Source of the DNA: Marsupella aquatica
Taxonomy: Eukaryota > Plantae > Marchantiophyta
DNA: 64,000 nt
Assembly (NCBI GenBank): GCA_973895155.1
Contig: OZ316896.1
Location: 22,401,722 to 22,465,721, forward strand
Direction of reading: 5' to 3'
Each line of letters starts with the position of its first letter. The first letter of the stretch is position 1. Both the position numbers and the translations under genes were made by a program. Below the pieces are notes generated by a model. The model saw nothing but the letters and a program-made list of their open reading frames with translations. It searched no databases and was not told the DNA's origin. Positions 28,501 to 41,800 of the stretch are shown here, in pieces.

Positions 28501-30539
28501 CTTTCTTTGCCCTTTCTGTGAATGAAATTTAGGGGTTTTGGATGAGTAATGTTCCCATGGGTTTTTTTTACACTCCAATGATCATTAATATTAGCCAGAG
28601 TACATGGGGGGAAGCCTAATGGCAGGGGGGTCACATTGCCGAACAAAGAATTGTATTGTGGTGTTGAAGCCCTCCTAAAAAACATCTTAAAATGTACACA
28701 GTTGTATTTTTGTTTTGAATGATAAAACATATATCCTACAATGTAACTATTTAAGAATTGTCTAACAATTGCTTCAGGCTGTTCTCCAAAATAACAGTCC
28801 ATGGGTCTTTATTTAAGGATGTAGTGTTGAGTCAAGTATGAATGCATTGTACATGGTGTCAAGAGCATTTGGTCTTGGCAGAATTCCTTGCTTGATCATT
28901 CTTCTCGATAAAGTTCCTTGAATATACATATGGAAATTTTGGACAGTGCTTGAAGTCGACAAAAATCTAGGTCAAGCAATATTAAATCTTCCCATACAAG
29001 ATCCTAAACATACATTTGGGGCTAAGTTGTAATGTAAATAACCACTTTTCCTTCCTTTTTGAGTGACTTTCCAAATCAGCATTCTTGTTTAAAAAGTCTC
29101 AATAACTTGTCATCTGATTTTTCCTCGATTGCCAACTTTGTTAGGTTAATCACTACTACGCCATTTTCTTGTCCCAGGGTTTTTGTCATGTGATAAGTGA
29201 ACTAACCCTGGTTAGCCACAGAAGATGCTGGGGCCCTGAGATTGCATGCCATATTGGAGAATATGACACTTCCCAGCACCCTTGGAGCAGAGTGCACCAA
29301 GGGGCATCTACCATGAGGGCATAGGAGGGCACTTGGGAAATAGGGAAGGTGGGGTTGGAACCTAGCCGTAGCAAACCAGTAGTGGGGATGTATGAATCTG
29401 ACCCAAGGACAATGTAATTAATCAGATTGTTCCATGTGTAGTCTCGGGGCAACATCTCTTGTGGCGTGATACCAGTAACAACAAAGTGGCATTGTAGTAA
29501 TTAATCTAAAAAGAATATATGACAAGTCTTAAATTTGACCAAAAAATTTGACAATCTAGAAAACACAAGACTAAAAATATTAGTACTAATAATTTTTGTT
29601 ATAATCCAAGTGAATGCAAGAATGGGGCATCCTATTGGGCACATGCCTTCCAAGGCATATCCAGGGAAAACCAGTAGTGTTGCATTGAGAAAAACCCAGC
29701 TGACGACCACGGAGAACCTTGGAAACCTAAGCCTACAATGATGGGAGTGGGTCAAAGACAGCCATCTACGAGTGGACATGTGGTGGATGCATTGACCCCT
29801 AGAATCAGTATGAGTGAGGGCATGAGCCTCGCAAACACCCAATCCTACTTTTGACTGTGGCTAATTCTGTGCTGTGGTTACAAGATTGACTTTCTGCTGT
29901 TGTTCTTTCTATTCTAGTATTCTGACTACAGTTGACGGACCTAATCTCCCACCTTACTATCTGCCCTTCAATTCGGACTACTAAATGAATTTATTTATCT
30001 TGGGGGGGTTGACTAAGTGTTTTTTTGGCATGTCCCATCTCATAGTTTAAATCACCGCTACTTTTTAAAAGCAACATTATGTGAATTTAATGTTAGAACA
30101 ACTTATTTTCGTTTTTTTTTAGGTATATATTTGAGAATGTTTAATATTTTTGGGTCTAGAACACCCCCATTTTAGTTTTTACTCTTTAAAAAGAAGATGT
30201 CAGAACAACATGCAAAAACCTAGTTTGGATCACATGGGGTTGCTATGATTGCTTGCAGTTGACCCCAGAGTATGAGACAAACCATTTAGTATTGTGTTTA
30301 ATGATGTTGATGCTCTTTTGAAGTCCAGGTTCCTTAGGTTGTTTTTGGTATTGTTTGTAGGACAATGGAGCCAAAAGGAGAGAGCAAAATAAATGTGCTG
30401 AAACCAAAATTCTAAACAAACCAAAATTCTAAACAAACCAAAGGTGCCCATGTTTTGCACCTTGGCACAACTAGACACCATGGCCCATGCGTTTAATTTC
30501 ACCTCTAAGGCTTGTGTAGCTCCATTAGAGACACAAAAC

Positions 30540-31020
30540 ACCTTTCAAGTGTGGTACCCATTGTGGCACAGTCCATCGGCTGTGCTAAGGAACTCGACCA
30601 GGTGGAGAGGTGTATAGCACTCGACCAGAAAGAGAGCGTGCGGAATGCCACTTTTGTCTCGAGCGCGAACTTCTCCAATAGAGCTAACTAACGTGGGTGG
30701 CGACCTCATGGAACCATCCCTTGAGAGGTGGCAATTTCTGACCCACCCATGGTCTATTTTGGGTGAGTAAGAGGTTTTGTGCATAACAACCATGTGCACC
30801 TAGAAAAGAAGGAATCTGGGAAGAATCCCAAGAGATTGCAGAGTTGGAAGGAGCAAAGTCTGAGAAGAACTGGCCATGCAGCACGTAATGAGGAGCCCCA
30901 AGTGGCGTGTGAGAGGATACAAAGACCCAACGAAAGGCAGCAGCCACTAGCCTCCACATGAAGCCAGGAGGTGATGGCCAATGCTTGGGCTCCTCTGCTG
31001 GGATGGTGTCAATTGGAACA
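30540..31020 (-). pseudogene. Degenerate L1-type LINE ORF2 3' fragment (zf-RVT-like)
   Basis: Frameshifted minus-strand peptides FFSRCTWLLCTKPLT and GEVRARDKSGIPHALFLVEC resemble the WLLxHxALPT and CxxC..ES..HALFxC motifs of plant L1 ORF2; recognised by eye only. Confidence 0.4.
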
Positions 31021-31417
31021 CGGGTGTAGAACGAGGTGTGGTGACTGCCCTCACAACTGAGGACTTAGTGGCAAATGGATGATTTCAGGAATAGAGGACT
31101 GCGTCATGCATAGCTCGTTATATAAAAACATGAATGATTTGCAATTGGTTAGGAAAATTTTGTTAGAGAACATTGCAAATACCTTGTGGTGTACACGGTG
31201 CATAAGTGCAAGTCCCAGTTAGTTGTATCCAAAATACCGCATTGTCAATTATGGGGCAGCAGGCACAGGCCTGTCTAATGGGAGGGCAAACCTGCATTAT
31301 TAGCCTTGTGGTACTTGCTTCTGTTTACAATCCATTTGAAGTTGCATAATCCTTATAACTTTACTCATCAGCAAGGCCAACATTGAATATTCACTAGTCA
31401 AGGACATATGCATACGC

Positions 31418-31578
31418 GCTCCCTGTACCCAAACTCCCTATGCCCATCCTAACTCATACACATAGTCTACATATCAAAGTTTTCTATTATCGGACTTGTG
31501 CTCCCTGTACCCAAATTCCCAATGTCTATCCTTATTCATATACATAGTCTACATATAAAAGTCTTCTATTATGGGACA
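31418..31578. repeat. Tandem duplication, period 82 bp
   Basis: GCTCCCTGTACCCAAA..CATAGTCTACATAT.AAAGT.TTCTATTAT.GGAC twice. Confidence 0.88.
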
Positions 31579-32762
31579 AATTTTGGTCTGTGGTTTCACT
31601 CTAGGAGTAGGTCCAGAAAAGTAAATTGGATCACAAATAATTGTTTACATGTATGGCCCTGTCCTCTAAGGCTTCTACGTCACATGAACTCATGTGTGTA
31701 CTCTGAGGGGATACTCAATGTCCTGGTAAAGAGCCATAGTGCTACACATAAGTACCTGCACCCACTCCCATTTTGTGATTGAGTGTTTCGATACATCCCT
31801 TGGAGCCTATTGGTCCGATAAATATAAAGAATTTCAAGTCATGCACGAAAGATTGATCTTATGTTCCTTCACTAGAAAAGATTGATCTGGTGAATATTTG
31901 GTGGGTATCTTGCAGATTTGTTCCAGAATTTGTCCCCACCACCCATGCACAGAACCCACCCACCACAGTACCACCTAGACAACCTTTTGTACCCGGGCTA
32001 TCTGCACATACAGAGTACCAGTTATGTTCTTATCCACAACTCATTTGTTCTGCCGGCTAGATGCCAGTATCACTTTTTAATTTTCTTTTAGAAGGCATTG
32101 ATATGCATACATGGTCAGTTTTTTTCTGACGGACAGGATTCATTGATCTGAAACCTTTTTAGTGAGAGAGGAAGCACAAACGTAAAGTAACATCTATGTT
32201 CTATCTGTAGTATAATTGTGTGATTCAAGTTTATCCTTCTTGACCTACTTTGTAGAGAGAAGCCATAGATTATGTTCAGAAAATTTTGATATTTGCATTA
32301 TGCTTGTGAATAGAGACGGTTAGGGGGGGGTGTGGGTATAGGCCTGGGTATAGGCCTTCACGTGCATACACTTGGGTATCCTCGCTCGTATGTATGAACA
32401 CATGGCTTGGAGAGAACCAGTAGATAATATGTGTGATCTGAGGAAATGTGAGCAAGATGAGGGCAGGTAAATCTGATATGCCTAAGCTGCCAAATGAAGC
32501 AAGCTCTAACAACTCTTCAATGTAAATATAACAACCACTGTGGTACTTGTCAACCTTGATATACACAAGTTTACTTATTAGTTTTTTGAAGTTTGGAGAT
32601 ACCTCTAGTAAGGAAAAACCTCTAGTCCGGGCAGGGCCTTTTCAGTTTTGTGGGCAGGAGAGCACAAAGTGAGATAGGGAGAAGTCTATGTCTTTAGTTT
32701 TCGATGGAAAGAGGGCCTCATGAAAGAGAAACTTGTATTTTAGGTTTTGGGGGGAGGTGTTG

Positions 32763-32940
32763 GAGGGATATGCTTAGTAGACCCCCTTCTGGAAAAAGTT
32801 TACTTAATCAACCCCCTCATACTTTTCCCCAATCTGGGCCGTTGATGGACATTTTGATCTCAGATCTGGGTCGTTCATAGACCTCAGGGGGTAGATCAAA
32901 TAATAAATTTCATTTTGGGGGTCTATCAAGCAAATACCTA
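32763..32940. mobile_element. MULE-type MITE (~178 bp), copy 2 (inverted relative to 5988-6159)
   Basis: 10-bp TSD GGAGGTGTTG at 32753-32762 and 32941-32950; end-to-end reverse-complement similarity to 5988-6159. Confidence 0.85.
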
Positions 32941-35900
32941 GGAGGTGTTGAGTACCCAAGGAAGAGCACGAGACGAGCATAAATCTTTCATTTCCAGTTT
33001 TGGGGCAGGAGGGGAAATTGGGCAAGACGGGCACAGGTCCAGGGCAGGTACTCGGGCACAGGCTCTATCTGGGCTGTCAGAAGAAAAAGTGGCAGAATGC
33101 CCACTTGACACTGTAATAAATGATTCTAATTTTCCTTTGTCGTCTTTTGCAAATGTCCCAAACTGGAAGCTGTCAGGGTTGACATGGGTGGACCTTGTTT
33201 TGGACTTTGTGCAATTATAATCTTAATTTATAGGGTGTCAGTTGATGCTCTTCTCGGAATCACATTATAGAGTATTTTGCAGTGCCTCTTACAAAGTAAT
33301 TAATGCGGGTGATTCTGGAATATTTTATTTGAAAACGAGTTTTCTCTAGTGAACCGCAGGATAAGCCACAATTTTTTCTGCTCCCGATGAATTGGCCGCC
33401 ATAGTAACATTGGCTCAAAATTTTGCAAAGAACAAAAAAATTGTCTCCAAAGTATAACAATTGGAGGTATTCCCAATGTGTTTTAGGTAACCTAATACCC
33501 TTCGAAATCACTTTGTATTTTTCACGATATTATCGAAAGTTTTGATACAAGGTTGCCCCAAGAAATGAAGTGTTACTCATTCTAATTTGAGATATGTTTT
33601 GAGTTGAAAAAAGGAAAAATGAATTATATTTGGTATGTACTATTTTACAAGCAATTTAGAAGAAAAAGTAGTAACTAATCATGAACTTTCATCAGAATAT
33701 TATATTTTTACACTATCATATGTATACATACATTTCATCTAAAATAAAGGGGTACTCAAGTTATCCTTTAGCCTCTCCTCCCCTATAAGAGATTATTTAA
33801 ATTTAAACAATACCTACAATTGTAAAAAAATTTAAATATAAATAAAATGTATAAAATATTTATTTCTCTAAAAACATCAAATTAAAAAATGTGTTCCTGT
33901 CACCTGGTTGTGTTTGGTCTCTATACATTGCAAGGGCCACTATCTCGTGTCTCTAATTTCTATGTACATCTTACAGGGGTTATTAAATATGAACACAACA
34001 ATTATATGGTCATGATCACACATACATGCCTCAACAAGTCCATTGCAAAGCTTATATAGTTTTGCCTCATCTTGTCATTTTTGCCTTGAGATTTTCTTCT
34101 CCTTGACATCTTTTCTCATCTCAACATCTTTTGTGCAACGCATGAGCATCGGGCTAGGGAGAGCACAATGCTCTGGTCAAGATCTCGATCACCTCTTTAA
34201 GAAAATTCTCCTTTGCCTTTACTGAAGTTAGAGAACATAAAAATCTCTCAGGCCCTTAGGTGTGGTAAGGTATGGTTTCCAAAGCATTATGAGTAATAAT
34301 AGCCCCTCAAAACTCAAGCTGAATCTCTCATTTTGTGGGCATTATATCCCACAATGCTCAGGACTTTCTTATATACCTAACTCTCATTCTTCTTTTTTCA
34401 CTAGAGCATGGTCATTAGAGCAGCATAAGGTTCTCTTTTCAATGTAATTCACTAATACCATAGTGTTAATTAGTTTTTCACAAACATACTTAAATAGAAA
34501 GAATTGGCGCCGAGCACAAAAATATCTCATTTTAAGTATGGTGGGCTGGAAAAATCTGTCGAATGGGCAGGAAATGAAACTCATGACAAGATCACCTGCA
34601 AAACATTATACAAGAGGAAATGCCCCCAAAATGGTGTTTGTGTCTGAAATAGGCCGTCAACACATGTTGTGGCTAAGTATGAGCAAAATGCCCAAAACTG
34701 TAGACTGAAAGGTTAGACCGGTAGCCAGTGAAATTCTGGAAGCAAGTTAGACCAATCAAGGATTGTGACCGAACTGATTACTATGGTACAATGTTACTGA
34801 CAATGGTTAAACATAAACTAAAGAATGCCAGGCAATTGTGTCCCTGGCTTATGGGAGATTACCTTAAAAAGTAAATTAAAGTAAAGAAATATTATGCTCA
34901 TCTAACCATGCTTTTTTTAGTGAATCTACCCTTAAGGGCGGTATGGAACATGTGACTTCTGGAATTGGATGCAGCTTTTCCTAAAGAATGAAACATGCTT
35001 TGTAAAATACTCTCTAAAAACTAGTTCAATACTTTTTCTTTTGGTCTGGAATGATAATAACTTATTTTAAAAGCAAGTAAACTTCAGCCCTTAAAATTTA
35101 GTCCTACCCATAGCCACAACATCTGAGATATGCCAAATAGCTTTTGAAAAAGAGACGGGACGGCTCTCTCTATAGGTGGCTATGAAATCTGCACATTTAT
35201 TGGTCGTTTCAGCAGAAAAACTCACTTTCCTAAAACATCTTTATATCTTTTACCGACAAAAACCTTTCACGAAGGACATGTGATTAACTTTGTCCCTTTA
35301 TCCTACAATGCATAACCTTTTAAAGATCTTAAAGCCTTATTTGATAAAAGGAACAAACCCGCCTTTCATGGAGAAGCATGTGTGCAAGATTGCCACTATG
35401 GTCAACACAAGGAGATAGAGAGAAAAAGCCACAAAAGCAGCTATACAAGGCAAGGATATCATTATTGAAATTACCAAATGCGGGAAGGATACAGCCAACA
35501 CCATGATGAGGTGGTGTCAATTCCATTACTGGCTTCAAGATTAAGTCTGGTTACCATGGAACCGTCTCACATGATTGCTTTAAGTCAATCGACAACTTGC
35601 ATGTTGTCTAAGTTCATGGTCAGACAATAGACACACAAGTATATGACAGAATTACATTACAATATCTCATAACACACTGATCCAAGGTCATAGGAACGTG
35701 CAGAGGTCAACTACTTGAAAATTCATATATTTTAAGACAACGTAATAGGTCTCCATCTTGGAGGTTTTTGTCTTGTTTGACTAGTTAACCTTTTCAAACT
35801 ATGCAAGTTTTGAGTCAATTGAGAGCTATTATTTCAGGAGAGGCATTAGCTTGTGTCCAGGTAATTAGGCATCAAAAACCAACACTCAGATCCATACTTT

Positions 35901-38849
35901 CAAGTAACATTCAGTTATTTAAACAGAGTAAATGGGGTTAGCATAGTATGGAGTGACAGAAAAAACCAGATATTGCGAGTCACATTTTGATGTGCAATTA
36001 CCGGGACACCACTAGCTAGATAGACATGTGTGCATGCTCAGGCTCAGGCTTGACTTCCATATCTCTTGGTTTCCCAGAGCCATGCACACCATTCTGATAC
36101 TCTTCAAGAGTGTTCTGAACGTCAAGTTGTATCAAGCACTATACTAAGAAATCCGGCCAAAATTGAAGATGGTCTGTTAACACAAAGCAAAAAAGGCGGG
36201 AACTAATCTTAGCCATGTACCCAAAGACAAATTTTCTCCCACCGTCAGATCCAGCCATTCTCCCCTCCTGCCTCATCTGCCCTCCCTGAACTACCCTACT
36301 CCTCGGGGCAAGAAAATTTCCTTGGAAATCGGGGCAAGAAATTTTAATTATCAAAATTTAGGAAGCTAACAAACAAAAGCAAAAGGAAAGAAAAGAAAAA
36401 AGGATGGAAAGTCTCCCTTGAGTCCAACGCTGTGCCCGCCTTTTTACATTCTTGCACGAAGAATGCGGTATTGTCTGGTTAAAAAAACCTAAGAAAATTG
36501 AGAGAAAATCCTGACCTTTACCCAGAAATGAGTAAAGATCGTCCGCCCGATGAACCAAAACACCCCTCCCCCACTGCCCTACATCCAACAGCCACCTGCA
36601 ATGAAATAATAATAATTAAACACTACAAAACAACAAAAACAAAAGAAAAAAGAAAAAATTGATGAAAAAGAAAAGCCTCCCTCCCATTGCATGTCTGTGC
36701 TTGGACTTGGCGGCCATTGTCGCTTGTCTGGGGTCTCCTTGGCCTTGCCCTCCAAACGACCGCACTGTCACAATAACAATAACCTATCTCAATATATGAG
36801 TTTTCCACACCGACAAACATGACTTTGCATGTGACAGAAACAGAACCACAACATTTCCTTGCCTCACTTGCAATTCTTTGTCTCAGCTTGACATTTATGT
36901 GCAAAGGATGACCATGTATTATTGCACCAATGGTTGCATTGTCCCAAACAACAATAATTCTCACCTGCAGTGTTTTGCCTCACTTTGACATTTTTGTGCC
37001 ATGCACAAATATGGTTGCATGAACAAATTGAGTTTAATGCTAATAGTGCAACGCATGGGCTTTGGGGTAGTATTGTTAGAATAATCCTTAGTAAGTTGTT
37101 GAATGTAAGTATTATTTGCACAGGCAAAATCAATTGTACAAGGGCACGAGTTGCCTTGTTTTTTCACTCAACTTAAATGCTCCGAAGCAAATTAAGAAAA
37201 AAATTGTTCCCTGTTGGAGCTATTTCTCATTAGGAGAATATTGTCCCTTCAATTTGCCGCAGGACAAAATACTGAAAGAAGGTCTATATTTATTGATTTA
37301 TACCAATTGCAGGCAAAGATTTTGGCGGAACATGTACCCATATTTTGGTTTTCGCTCGGATGGTTATCTTGAGTTCTTACTTGGAGGGTATGGTTTCATA
37401 GAAAAAATTGCCACCTTGTATTGAGGTTTTATGGTAATTCTCTGATTCTCATCCTACAAATTGTTCTAAGCATGCATGAAAGTTGGGAATATCTTGCCTA
37501 ACATTTCATTATTTTCCAGCAATTCATGCGAGCACAATTGCAGGGATGGACACATTTAGTGCATCAACTCATGCACTTGTGCCTCGTAGTCAAGGGTTGG
37601 GCATAAGCAAACCAATCGAAAGGGAATAGGGTAAGCATAACGATGGTTCGAAATAAAAAGCCAAGTGTTCAAAGTTGGTGAAACATAAAGTGTATGCCAG
37701 GACACCTAAAAGTGATGCACTTAGGATTACTAGGATCAAGCTATCCCAAATTCAGAAATATCTCCAAACGAAACTAGAGCATGTTGAGGGATGAGTTGAT
37801 AAGGCTACAGGCAAACCTTGCTAAATTGCGTACTCCATGATTGAACGGCAGTCGAGGACATAAAATACACATAAGCTTATTTAATGTTTTTTTGTGCATA
37901 TCGGGATGAGGCTTCCATCCTTGTCCTAATCCTAATCCTATGACTATTTTATCCTTTCTATTCCTGTGACTCCCTCGTGCTGGGTGACACGATGCAACAA
38001 TGCAAAGCTGCTACTTTGTGCGGAGCAGTTTGCAAAAGGTGTGGCATGCACATTGTGTTGGGAAAGAAATGAAAATGGGTCACTGGGTAAGAAAGGATGC
38101 CACATTATAGACAAATATGAACTTTAAAGCAATCAACTTTTTCCTAAACTGACTTCCAAACATTTTGATCTGCTGATGGTATTTTGATCCCCATTTCATT
38201 GAGAGGACCTGCACCCAATCAGGACAAAGGTCAAGTGAGCTCTGCTGAGTCAATACTAACCCATGTAGGAAAATATTTAGGTTAGGAAATAAATTTGTTT
38301 GGGGGGCATCTTTATAGTTCAAGTAGTTTGGGGGGACTGGTTACTAAAAAGAAGGTGGTGATCATGTAATTGCAGGTTTGGTAAGAATTGTTGTTGGCAA
38401 GTTGAGCTGTTTGAAAAAACCTTCTAAAGAAATATACCACGCAGTCGAATGGCCCCGCTACGCTATGAGCAATCTATCTTACACCATGGGCAATCTATTG
38501 TTACTAATCACAACACGACAAGCATTGCGAGCTTTGACATTCGTGTTTGTAGAGCCAACACCATAAGTTAATCCAGTGCTTTCTGACAGCTTAGGGAATC
38601 CGCAAAGAGAGTGAAAAGGTACGTTTGAAATCTAGTGCTGAGAAACTTTAAATTGTTGATTAAGAGTGACTTTACTAAGTGCCACAGTTCAAGTTTACAA
38701 AAGCAATTTGAATTTCAACGAATTTGGTATTTTGGGCATGCATCGAGGCTGTGAACCCTACACCCCCCTACAGCTATTCTAGCAACTCTGGATGTCAGTT
38801 GTCAAAACAAAAAATATTATTATTGGATCCATGCATGGCTAAAATCCAG

Positions 38850-41800
38850 ATTTTATTTGGAGAAAAGTCCGAGATGAAAATCGCAGCCGAGAGTACAGTA
38901 ATAGGATCCAGCGGAGCTCCGCCCCCTTTTAGCGGAAAACAATTAAACAATACGAAAATATTAATAAAATAACATTCACATAAACAAAATGAATGGTGTA
39001 GGTGGCAAGACAGTAGCGAGGGTCCACTCTTTCCCCTTTCGCTCTCCTCCTTTCACGTTCTTTCGCGCCATCAACGTCGGACGTCAACTGCGGGCGTACT
39101 GTACAGTACCGCCGTAATGCGATGTACCGGCCGGAGGAGTCAGCCGGTCAGCCAGCCAGACAGTCAGTCGGTCGACTCGACTCCATCCATTCCCGAGCCC
39201 AACTACGGTACACAACAATACAAAATACATACAGACGGACACACGTATAGATACGCCGTAAAAGCAGAGGTATCGCGCCCGTTACGGTACGATACGGATT
39301 ATATGGTATACGGGTACGCCGGCGACGTCTCACCCGGTCGCCGTATTATTATCGGTCGCGCTTTTTACGTCTCTCTGTCTGTCTCGTGAAACACGACAAT
39401 TAGTCCCGTTGATCTCTGATTATGTTCATGTTTTTGTTCGCAAGCATGGTTACGTCATTTGCGATTAGATTGAGATGAATTGAATTGAATTGAATGGAGG
39501 GTCAGACCAGGTCGGGCGGAAAGCGTTCACTGTGTCGCCTTCGTTCGTCGTCGTATGGCATTCGATTCCGCTCATGCAGCCATTTCATGACTGTGCGCTC
39601 TTCTCTCCTCTTCTCTTGTATTTCTCTTGTCTTGTCTGTACGTTGGAAGATTTGATTACGGTGAGGCAGAAAGGCAGGAAGGTGATTAGTTCCTGTTCCG
39701 ATTCGTACGCAGAAACGGGTTTTGACATCGGCCGATATTAGGAAATTTGATTTGGAAGCCCGTGGGATTAGATCCCGGCATTAGTAGCGGCCACTGTCGT
39801 TAGCGACACACGCAGAGCACGCAGGAGGAGAGAAAGTACTCCGTTTAGAAAAAAGTGTCGAGCAGATGGGAACCATTCTCATTTCTCAAGGAGTCAAGGG
39901 GCTTGGCTAATCACAAACAGACTACGGTCGTAGGGTTGTACTAGTAAACTCTAAATTCAGCATTTAGATTCCATTCCATTCCTCCGCTTTTTTGGGTTTC
40001 GGCTGGTGCATTTCACCTACAGTGACTGATGAGGGACAGAGGGAGTAAACTTCCCAACACAGTAGTAGAGTAGTAGTAGTACAGCGGAGGATTGGGATGC
40101 CATTCCTGTCGGAGGAGAGAAACGCGGAACTTTCGCAGCGCGTTCAAGGTATTTACGGTGGTCGCTTACTGGCACAAGAGAGTCCGCAACTCCGCAAGAG
40201 CAGAGCAGCTGTCTGAACGGTGTCTACAACTGAGTTGCGATTGGGGGAGGGAAATCCGGGTCTTTCTCGTAGCTAGCTCACGGTATTCACGGTGGACATC
40301 AGTGTACAGGAACGAAGACGACCTGAGGAATAGGGAGGAGGAGGAGGACGAGGTGGAGCACTGTGGCGTACGAGTAACCCTGGACAGGGCACTCCGGGCG
40401 CTTGGGCAGAAGGAGGGGGCTATGAGTGGTCGGCGGGGCATGCGGGAGGATGAGCGTGTTCTGAGTTGTGGGAACGTTCGAGAGAGGAGAAGAGAGAGAG
40501 AGTGGTGAGACGGAGTGCTGATGAGAGAAGTACTGTGAGTACTACTGTACAACACAGACTACGGTGGATACTGGTGGTGGTGGTGCTGCTGCTGCTCCCT
40601 CCACCCCCTCCCGAGTAGAGTGGTGTGTGTGCGCTCGCTGTTACCGTAGCGTTGTTGAGTGTAGAGGTGGGGACTTTCATCGGGAGGCGGGGAGGGACGG
40701 GGGGAGTAAAGGGGGGAGCGCAAGAGATCCAGTGATCCGTCCGTCCATCGCCCAACTATCGATCCGTGCTCGCATCCTGCGGGCGTGTCAGCCTGGGTGG
40801 GGACGGAGGGGAGGAGAGAGGAGCAGGCCAGAGGGGCCCATGATAGAGAGAGAGAAGAGAGAGAAAGGGAGGACGGGAGCTATGGGGGATTCAGATTCTT
40901 GAGAGAGACGCAGCGGTGTCGTTGCCTGAGGCTCAGTTCGACCGAGAAGCTCTGCCTGCTGCTTTGTGCCCCTGCTCTGTGCTGCTGCTGCAACTTACTC
41001 TCTATGCTGCAGCTGGGTAGTGCCTGACGGGCGAGGGAGGGACGGGGAGGACACCGAACACAACGGGGTGAGAGACGAGACGAGAGGAGGGGAGAGCATC
41101 GGAGATTAGGAGAGTTGTTGCGGGAGAAGGACGACGATGATGATGATGATGATGGCGGCCGATTCCCGCAGCGGAGCTGCGACGGTGGTGGTGGAGGTGT
41201 AGTGAGAGAAGCGGGGAAAGAGGAGGAGGAGAGGCGGAATTCCGAAGGCAAAGGACGAACGGGCCCCGCCGCAAGGTGCAATTAGGCAACTCACCATAGC
41301 GTCTTCAGGAGCAGCGATACGGAAGGAGTAACGCAAAATACAGTAGGAACGCATACAACAGGCAGGGGAGGGGGAGAAGTGAGAGCACCTGGGAGAGGAG
41401 GTTGGCTACCGGGGTCAGGCGGTTTGGTGGCAGCGGAACGCAGAAAGGGTGGTGGTGGTAGTCGAAAAGGAGGAAGGAGGAGGTGGTGTTGCGGTAGGGT
41501 GTTTCTCGTTGTTTCGTAAGCAGTCGCATTGGTCATTGAGAGATGCCGATAGACTACGCCGAGGGAAAAGCAGGAGCAGCATTCGGAGCAACCGAAGCCT
41601 TGGTACGATGCATCACCATCAGCAACAGCCGCAGCAGGGGATCCATCGGAGTACAGAGTGCTTTGTAGGGTAGTACAGTAGTACCGTAGTAGTGTGGAAG
41701 GCTAGAAGTGGAGGGAGGACGGGTCCAGATAGTCTCGTAGTGGATGAAACAAGCGGACGACGTCTTGGACATGTTGTTGTTTCGTCGTCGTGAGAGATCT

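Noticed and set aside
36620-37180. Cys/His-rich short ORFs suggesting a zinc-finger or transposase relic
   Set aside because: Interrupted by stops in all frames, with no motif I can assign with confidence.
39661-39681. Possible moss miR1219-type site (..AGGCAGGAAG) upstream of a class A ARF
   Set aside because: Only ~10 nt match my recollection of the miRNA, the rest does not pair, and the site may lie upstream of the TSS.
40092-41536. Many 80-138 aa ORFs on both strands upstream of ARF
   Set aside because: Explained by GC-rich, stop-poor microsatellite leader sequence; poly-S/P/E/R translations with no domains.
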